Of a stretch of 64,000 nucleotides of DNA, positions 58,814 through 64,000 are shown piece after piece (position 1 is the stretch's first letter; every line of letters starts with the position of its first letter). The translations under genes and the position numbers were made by a program. The notes below the pieces were generated by a model. The model was not told the origin of the DNA, did no database searches, and was given only the letters and a program-made list of their open reading frames with translations. This stretch comes from an uncultured Pelagibacterium sp. (GTDB lineage: Bacteria; Pseudomonadota; Alphaproteobacteria; Rhizobiales; Devosiaceae), in assembly GCA_964429025.1 (NCBI GenBank), contig CAYSBF010000002.1, forward strand, positions 12,249-76,248, in the 5' to 3' direction.

Positions 58814-60022
58814 ATGCAACAACTGAAAAAAGCTCTGACCCTTGCGGTCGCAACCGGCGCCCTGAGCGTCGCCGCTCCGGCCATGGCACAGGACGTCACG
58901 ATCGGCTTTCTCGGCGGCCTGACCGGCCCGATCGAATCCATGGCGCCCGGCATTGTCGCCGGCGCCCAGCTCGCCGTCGACCAGGTCAATGCCCAGGGCG
59001 GCATTCTCGATGGCGGCACGCTCAACATGGTCACCGCCGACTCCGCATGTGACGCGACCGGCGGCGCCAACGCAGCCGATCGTCTGGTCAACACCGAGAA
59101 TGTTACCGCGATCGTGGGTGGTCTGTGCACCGGTGAAACGATCGGCGGCGCCAACGCAGCCGGCATTCCGGGCGGCGTGGTGATGGTCTCTCCGGCTTCC
59201 ACCGCTCCCTCGCTGACCACACTCGATGATAACGACCTCGTCTTCCGCACCACGCCCTCGGACGCCTTCCAGGGCGTCAAGCTCGCCGAACTGCTGCTCT
59301 CCAAGGGCATCGAGGACGTTGCGCTGACCTATGTCAACAACGATTATGGCGTCGGTTTCGCCCAGGCCTTCACCGAAGCCTATGAAGGCGGCGGCGGCAC
59401 CATTCTCGCCAACCTGGCCCACGAAGACCTCAAGGCCGACTACCGCGCCGAACTGGGCAATCTCGCCTCCTCGGGCAGCCAAAACCTCGTGGTCCTCGCC
59501 TATGCGTCCTCTTCGGGCCAAACCCTGCTTCGCCAGGCGCTGGAATCGGGCAATTTCACCACCTTCGTCGGCGGTGACGGCATGGTCGGCGAAGATCTCT
59601 TCACCGGCACCGACGCATCTTCGCTCGAAGGCATGATCATTACCCGTGCCGGCGCCTATGAAGGCGAATCCGCAACCGTCTTCGCACAGCTTGCCGGTGA
59701 AGCCGGTGTTGCCGCCGATGCGGTCTATGCGCCTCAGGCCTATGACGCAGCCTTCCTGCTGGCCCTTGCCATTGAGAAGAACGGCACGGCTGACCGCGAG
59801 GGCCTCTCTGCAGCCCTGCGCGAAATCGCTTCGGCGCCGGGCGAGATCATCCTGCCGGGCGAGTGGGAAAAGGCCAAGCAGCTGATCGCCGCTGGCGAGG
59901 ACATCAACTATGAGGGCGCCGGCGGCACACTCGACTTCGACGAGGCCGGTGACATCGAGGGTGTGATCGTCGAACTCGCCGTCCAAGGCGGCCAGTTCGT
60001 AGAGGTCGGCGTCATCGAATAG
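58814..60022 (+). CDS. Branched-chain-amino-acid-type ABC substrate-binding protein
   Basis: Signal peptide; GLTGP, DSACD, SPASTAPSL, RTTPSD, NNDYG, AYDA. Confidence 0.88.
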   Translation: MQQLKKALTLAVATGALSVAAPAMAQDVTIGFLGGLTGPIESMAPGIVAGAQLAVDQVNAQGGILDGGTLNMVTADSACDATGGANAADRLVNTENVTAIVGGLCTGETIGGANAAGIPGGVVMVSPASTAPSLTTLDDNDLVFRTTPSDAFQGVKLAELLLSKGIEDVALTYVNNDYGVGFAQAFTEAYEGGGGTILANLAHEDLKADYRAELGNLASSGSQNLVVLAYASSSGQTLLRQALESGNFTTFVGGDGMVGEDLFTGTDASSLEGMIITRAGAYEGESATVFAQLAGEAGVAADAVYAPQAYDAAFLLALAIEKNGTADREGLSAALREIASAPGEIILPGEWEKAKQLIAAGEDINYEGAGGTLDFDEAGDIEGVIVELAVQGGQFVEVGVIE

Positions 60023-60047
60023 CACCGCCAGGCGTCCAGCTTGTTGG

Positions 60048-60079
60048 AAGCCCGGGCCTTGCGCCCGGGCTTTACTTTT
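60048..60079 (+). terminator. Intrinsic terminator
   Basis: aagcccgggc-cttgc-gcccgggctt followed by tactttt. Confidence 0.75.
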
Positions 60080-60125
60080 GCTGGCGGGAAGAGAACCGGT
60101 GTGATCTCTGCCGCGCCGTCGAATC

Positions 60126-61409
60126 TCAGTCGTGGCGTCTGATGAATTCGGGCAGCAATCCGCGGGGCGCAAAGCGCAGCGCGATTGTGACGATCAGCCC
60201 CATGACGAAGACACGCATCTGGACGGCCCGGCTTTCAATGTCTGGAATGGCGCCCCAGCCCATATCGAGCGAAAACAGCGAGAGGCGGGTAAACAGTGCC
60301 TGAGCAAGGGGCTCGGACAGCATCCAGACGAGATAGATGAAAATGCCGCCGAACAACGCGCCGAAATTATTGCCCGCCCCACCCACGATCAGCATCACCC
60401 AGATAATGAAGGTGTGGTTGATCGGCTGATAGCTCGAGGGGTCGAAGATGCCGACGAAAGATACAAGTACCGCGCCTCCGATCCCCATCAGAACCGAACC
60501 GAAGACGAAAATCTCGAGCTGGCGTCCCGTGACGTCCTTGCCCATGGAGGCTGCGGCAATGTGATTGTCGCGGATGGCGCGCATCATGCGGCCCCAGGGT
60601 CCCATATAGGCGCGATGGATAAGGAACAGCGCGACAGCGACCACGGCCACCACGAGCGCCAGAAACCCTCCGCGCGCCAGAATAAAGCTCGTTGTCGCGT
60701 CCGCACCGCCCGCCTGATAGGCCTGAGGATTGGGCACGGGCCAGGGAATGGGCGAAACCGTGAGCGTACCGCGGGTCAGCCATTCCAGGTTTTTGATCAC
60801 CGCGCGCAGGATCTCGGCGATCCCGATGGTGGCGATCGCAAGATAATCGGCCCTGAGCCCGAGGCTGACCTTGCCCACGAGGTAACCGATAAGCCCCGCC
60901 AGAATGCCGCCGAACGCCCAGCCGAGCAACACGGGCAGGCCAAGCCCGCCGACCCAGCCGGCTGTCGAGGTAATGTAATTGGCCGCCGGATCCATCTGGC
61001 TGCGGAAGATCACATAGGCGATGAACCAGGCGATGACGATGATCGCGCCGCGCCATTTGCCGGTGATCCCGAAGCGCTGCACCCTATGGGCAAAATAGAT
61101 CAGGACCGCCCCGATCGCGGCCGCTATGAGCGTGCGCCCGAGATAAAGCGGACCCTCGGACCCCCAGAAGGCCATGTTGAGCGGATAGGAGATGAAGGTG
61201 ACCGCAACACCCCCCACCATCAGCATGCCCAGAATGCCGAAATTGAAGAGCCCCCCAAAGCCCCATTGGATATTGAGGCCCATCGCGATGAGCGCAAAGG
61301 CAAAGGCTTCGACCATCAGGCGCACCGTAAAGGGCGCACCCATGACAAGCCCCACCACGACAATCAGCGCAAAGAGCGCCGAAAAAAGACCGATATACCG
61401 CGCGGTCAT
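60126..61409 (-). CDS. livM: Branched-chain ABC permease, LivM-like
   Basis: GLNIQWGFGG, LRADYLAIAT, WGRMMRAIRDN, LIVGGAGN. Confidence 0.85.
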   Translation of the reverse strand: MTARYIGLFSALFALIVVVGLVMGAPFTVRLMVEAFAFALIAMGLNIQWGFGGLFNFGILGMLMVGGVAVTFISYPLNMAFWGSEGPLYLGRTLIAAAIGAVLIYFAHRVQRFGITGKWRGAIIVIAWFIAYVIFRSQMDPAANYITSTAGWVGGLGLPVLLGWAFGGILAGLIGYLVGKVSLGLRADYLAIATIGIAEILRAVIKNLEWLTRGTLTVSPIPWPVPNPQAYQAGGADATTSFILARGGFLALVVAVVAVALFLIHRAYMGPWGRMMRAIRDNHIAAASMGKDVTGRQLEIFVFGSVLMGIGGAVLVSFVGIFDPSSYQPINHTFIIWVMLIVGGAGNNFGALFGGIFIYLVWMLSEPLAQALFTRLSLFSLDMGWGAIPDIESRAVQMRVFVMGLIVTIALRFAPRGLLPEFIRRHD

Positions 61410-62404
61410 GTCGAGGCTCCCTTGAAGATGCCCGTGGGCCGCACCAGAAGCACGACGACCAGAATGACGAACGCCACGGTGAGCTTGTATTCGGACTGCA
61501 CGAGGGTCAGCGTTCCGGGAATATCGAACCACAACAGGTCGCGGAAGGGCCGCAACAGTACCGCCCAGTTGAACACTGCCAGCGTTTCGGCGAAGCCCAG
61601 AACGAAACCACCCGCGATGGCGCCATAAGCGTGGCCAAGCCCGCCGAGAATGGCGGCGGCAAAGATCGGCAGCACAATATTGAAGGCAAGGTCCGGTTTG
61701 AGCGAGACGTCGAGCGCCAGCATGGTGCCCGCAAGGCAGGCCAGCCCGCCGGCAATTATCCAGGTTACCCGAACGACGAGCTTGGTGTTGATACCCGAGA
61801 CCTTGGCGAGATCGGGATTGTCGGCCATGGCGCGCATGCCCTTGCCCAGCCGTGAGCGGGTGAGGAAATAGTGGAGCGCAATGACTGCAACCGCTGTTGT
61901 CCCGATCAGCCAGAGCTGAGGTTCGGTAAAGCTGATCGGCCGCGTCACGCCCTCAATGGGCAGCTCGATGCGGAAGAGCTGCTTGGCTTCGGTGTCGAAA
62001 AAGGAGCGGGTCTCGACGCCGAAAAACAGCCGGATCAGGCCCTGGATCATCATGGTGACACCGATCGAGGCAATGAGCAGCGTCACCGGCCGCGCGCCGC
62101 GTGCCCTGAGCGGCGCATAAAAACCACGGTCGATACCCAAGGCGATCACAGCGGCGATCGCCATGGCCACCGGAACGACGAGGACACCCGTCGGGATCGG
62201 CGCTACAATCCCGGCTGCGGCGGCAAATCCGGCAAGCACGAAGGCAATGAAGGCGCCCATGGTCATCATGTCGCCATGCGCGAAATGGGCAAAACGCAGA
62301 ATGCCGAAAATCAGCGTCACCCCGACCGCCCCAAGCGCATAGATCGAGCCCAGCACGACCCCGCCAATGACCGCCTGATTGAAAAAGAAAATGAGATCGT
62401 TCAT
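61406..62404 (-). CDS. livH: Branched-chain ABC permease, LivH-like
   Basis: GSIYAL, FAHFAHG, GKGMRAMADN, AAILGGLG. Confidence 0.87.
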   Translation of the reverse strand: MNDLIFFFNQAVIGGVVLGSIYALGAVGVTLIFGILRFAHFAHGDMMTMGAFIAFVLAGFAAAAGIVAPIPTGVLVVPVAMAIAAVIALGIDRGFYAPLRARGARPVTLLIASIGVTMMIQGLIRLFFGVETRSFFDTEAKQLFRIELPIEGVTRPISFTEPQLWLIGTTAVAVIALHYFLTRSRLGKGMRAMADNPDLAKVSGINTKLVVRVTWIIAGGLACLAGTMLALDVSLKPDLAFNIVLPIFAAAILGGLGHAYGAIAGGFVLGFAETLAVFNWAVLLRPFRDLLWFDIPGTLTLVQSEYKLTVAFVILVVVLLVRPTGIFKGAST

Positions 62405-62413
62405 CGGTTGTCG

Positions 62414-63118
62414 TTAGCCCCCAAGAAAGCTCTTGGCCACTTCGGGATCATCAAGCAACTCCTGCCCCGTCCCGGTGAACCTGTTTTGCCCATTGGTCAG
62501 CACGAAGCCCTTGGTCGCAAAGCCGAGCGCCTGGCGCGCATTCTGCTCGACCATCAATATCCCGACGCCCGCCTGATTGATCTTCACCACCTGCTCGAAA
62601 ATCTCCATCATGTAGCGCGGGGAGAGGCCGGCAGAAGGCTCGTCGAGCATCAGAAGCTTGGGCCGGCTCATCAGCGCGCGGCCCATGGCCACCATCTGGC
62701 GCTGGCCGCCCGAAAGCTCCCCAGCAGGCTGGCGGCGCTTGGCCTTGAGGTCGGGAAACATCTCATAGACCATTTCAAGACTTTCCGAGATGTCGTCGCG
62801 CCTGACGAAGGCGCCCATTTCGAAATTCTCGTGCACCGACATCGAGGTAAAGACATTGTGCTCCTGAGGCACAAAGCTCAGCCCCTCGGGCACCAGCGCG
62901 TCGGCCTCGAAATTGGTGACATCGCGGCCAGCGAAAACGACGGTACCGGAGGTCACCGTCAAAAGCCCGAAAATCGCCTTGAGTGTTGTCGACTTGCCAG
63001 CCCCGTTCGGCCCGACGATGACCCCGATATCGGATGCGTCGATGGCAATGTTGACACCATTGAGGATCGGCGCGCCGCCATAGCCGGCAACGACGTCCTT
63101 GAGTTCGATCAGGCTCAT
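62414..63118 (-). CDS. livF: Branched-chain ABC ATPase, LivF-like
   Basis: GPNGAGKS, LSGGQRQM, LDEPS, VEQN. Confidence 0.88.
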   Translation of the reverse strand: MSLIELKDVVAGYGGAPILNGVNIAIDASDIGVIVGPNGAGKSTTLKAIFGLLTVTSGTVVFAGRDVTNFEADALVPEGLSFVPQEHNVFTSMSVHENFEMGAFVRRDDISESLEMVYEMFPDLKAKRRQPAGELSGGQRQMVAMGRALMSRPKLLMLDEPSAGLSPRYMMEIFEQVVKINQAGVGILMVEQNARQALGFATKGFVLTNGQNRFTGTGQELLDDPEVAKSFLGG

Positions 63119-63900
63119 TGCGCTGCCTCCACCGGTCCGCCGAAATAGGCTTCGACGATCATCGGATTGGCCCGCAATTGCTCCATCGTGCCCTTGGCGA
63201 TCACTTCGCCCTGCGCCATAACGATCACGGGATCGCAGAGCCGCGCGATCAGATCCATGTCGTGCTCGATGACAAAGAAGGTATAGCCCAACTCGCGGTT
63301 CATGCGCTCGATATTGGACGCAAGATCGTTGAGAAGGGTCTTGTTGACCCCTGCAGCCACCTCGTCAAGCAGCACGACCTTGGCGTCGACCATCATGGTG
63401 CGGCCCAGCTCGAGCAGCTTTTTCTGTCCGCCTGAAAGATTGCCGGCCAATTCGTTCCGCACATGGCCGAGCTTGAGAAAATCGATGACCTCAAGCGCCT
63501 TTTGCCGCACCTCGGCCTCGCGCGATGCTGCCCTGCCCGGACGGAACCAGAGCGTGCCCAGGCTCTCGCCCGGCTGGTCGGCCGGCACCATCATCAGGTT
63601 CTCAAGCGCCGTCATATGCGAGAATTCATGCGCGATCTGGAAGGTGCGCAGCATCCCGAGGCGAAAGAGCTCGTGGGGCTTGAGGCCCGTCACGTCCTTG
63701 CCATCGAAGATGATCGAGCCGCTGGTGGGCGCGAAATTGCCCGCGACCATATTGAACAGGGTCGATTTTCCCGCCCCGTTGGGTCCGATAAGGCCCGTGA
63801 TCGATCCGCGTTCGACCTCAAGCGAACAATCATTGACCGCAAGAAGGCCGCCAAACCGTTTCGAAACGTGGCGGACCTCGATTACCGCATCCAATGCCAA
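63115..63900 (-). CDS. livG: Branched-chain ABC ATPase, LivG-like
   Basis: GPNGAGKS, RTFQ, LSGGQKK, LDE, IEHDM. Confidence 0.88.
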   Translation of the reverse strand: MALDAVIEVRHVSKRFGGLLAVNDCSLEVERGSITGLIGPNGAGKSTLFNMVAGNFAPTSGSIIFDGKDVTGLKPHELFRLGMLRTFQIAHEFSHMTALENLMMVPADQPGESLGTLWFRPGRAASREAEVRQKALEVIDFLKLGHVRNELAGNLSGGQKKLLELGRTMMVDAKVVLLDEVAAGVNKTLLNDLASNIERMNRELGYTFFVIEHDMDLIARLCDPVIVMAQGEVIAKGTMEQLRANPMIVEAYFGGPVEAAQ

Positions 63901-64000
63901 AGCTGACCTAGCCCTTGCGACGTTTTACTTGCATTTCAGGCCCTGTGCCCAAATTCGCGGCATCTGTTCACAAGCGCGCCGCCCGGTCAACCACCCGGAC

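Overview
GC-rich alphaproteobacterial core chromosome. Gene order (dnaJ-cobST; cpdR-zitP-ftsEX-plsC; tyrA-hisC; helicase-S4-fdxA-carD; argH-lysA) fits Hyphomicrobiales, possibly Devosiaceae (inference). It holds about 60 mostly housekeeping CDS, tRNA-Arg(CCT) and tRNA-Leu(CAA). I found no integrase, transposase, CRISPR array, rRNA or recognisable riboswitch. The most interesting signals are intergenic or in small ORFs. (1) Two exact alphaproteobacterial LexA boxes (GTTC-N7-GTTC): one overlaps the -10 of a promoter driving an uncharacterised 114-aa protein, the other lies upstream of a translationally coupled Suv3-like helicase/Hsp15 pair. (2) A sigma54 promoter with IHF-like and FlbD(ftr)-like sites precedes an unannotated 82-aa ORF whose C-terminal motif recurs in two other small proteins here. 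(3) A terminator-like hairpin sits inside the predicted carD leader. (4) An orphan betaine-type binding protein lies directly upstream of a membrane GGDEF-EAL gene. (5) An SNase-fold protein with substituted catalytic residues is coupled to a Tat-lipoprotein M48 protease. (6) A REP-like palindrome family is present, including one copy with a nested insertion. All calls come from reading the sequence; no database searches were run.
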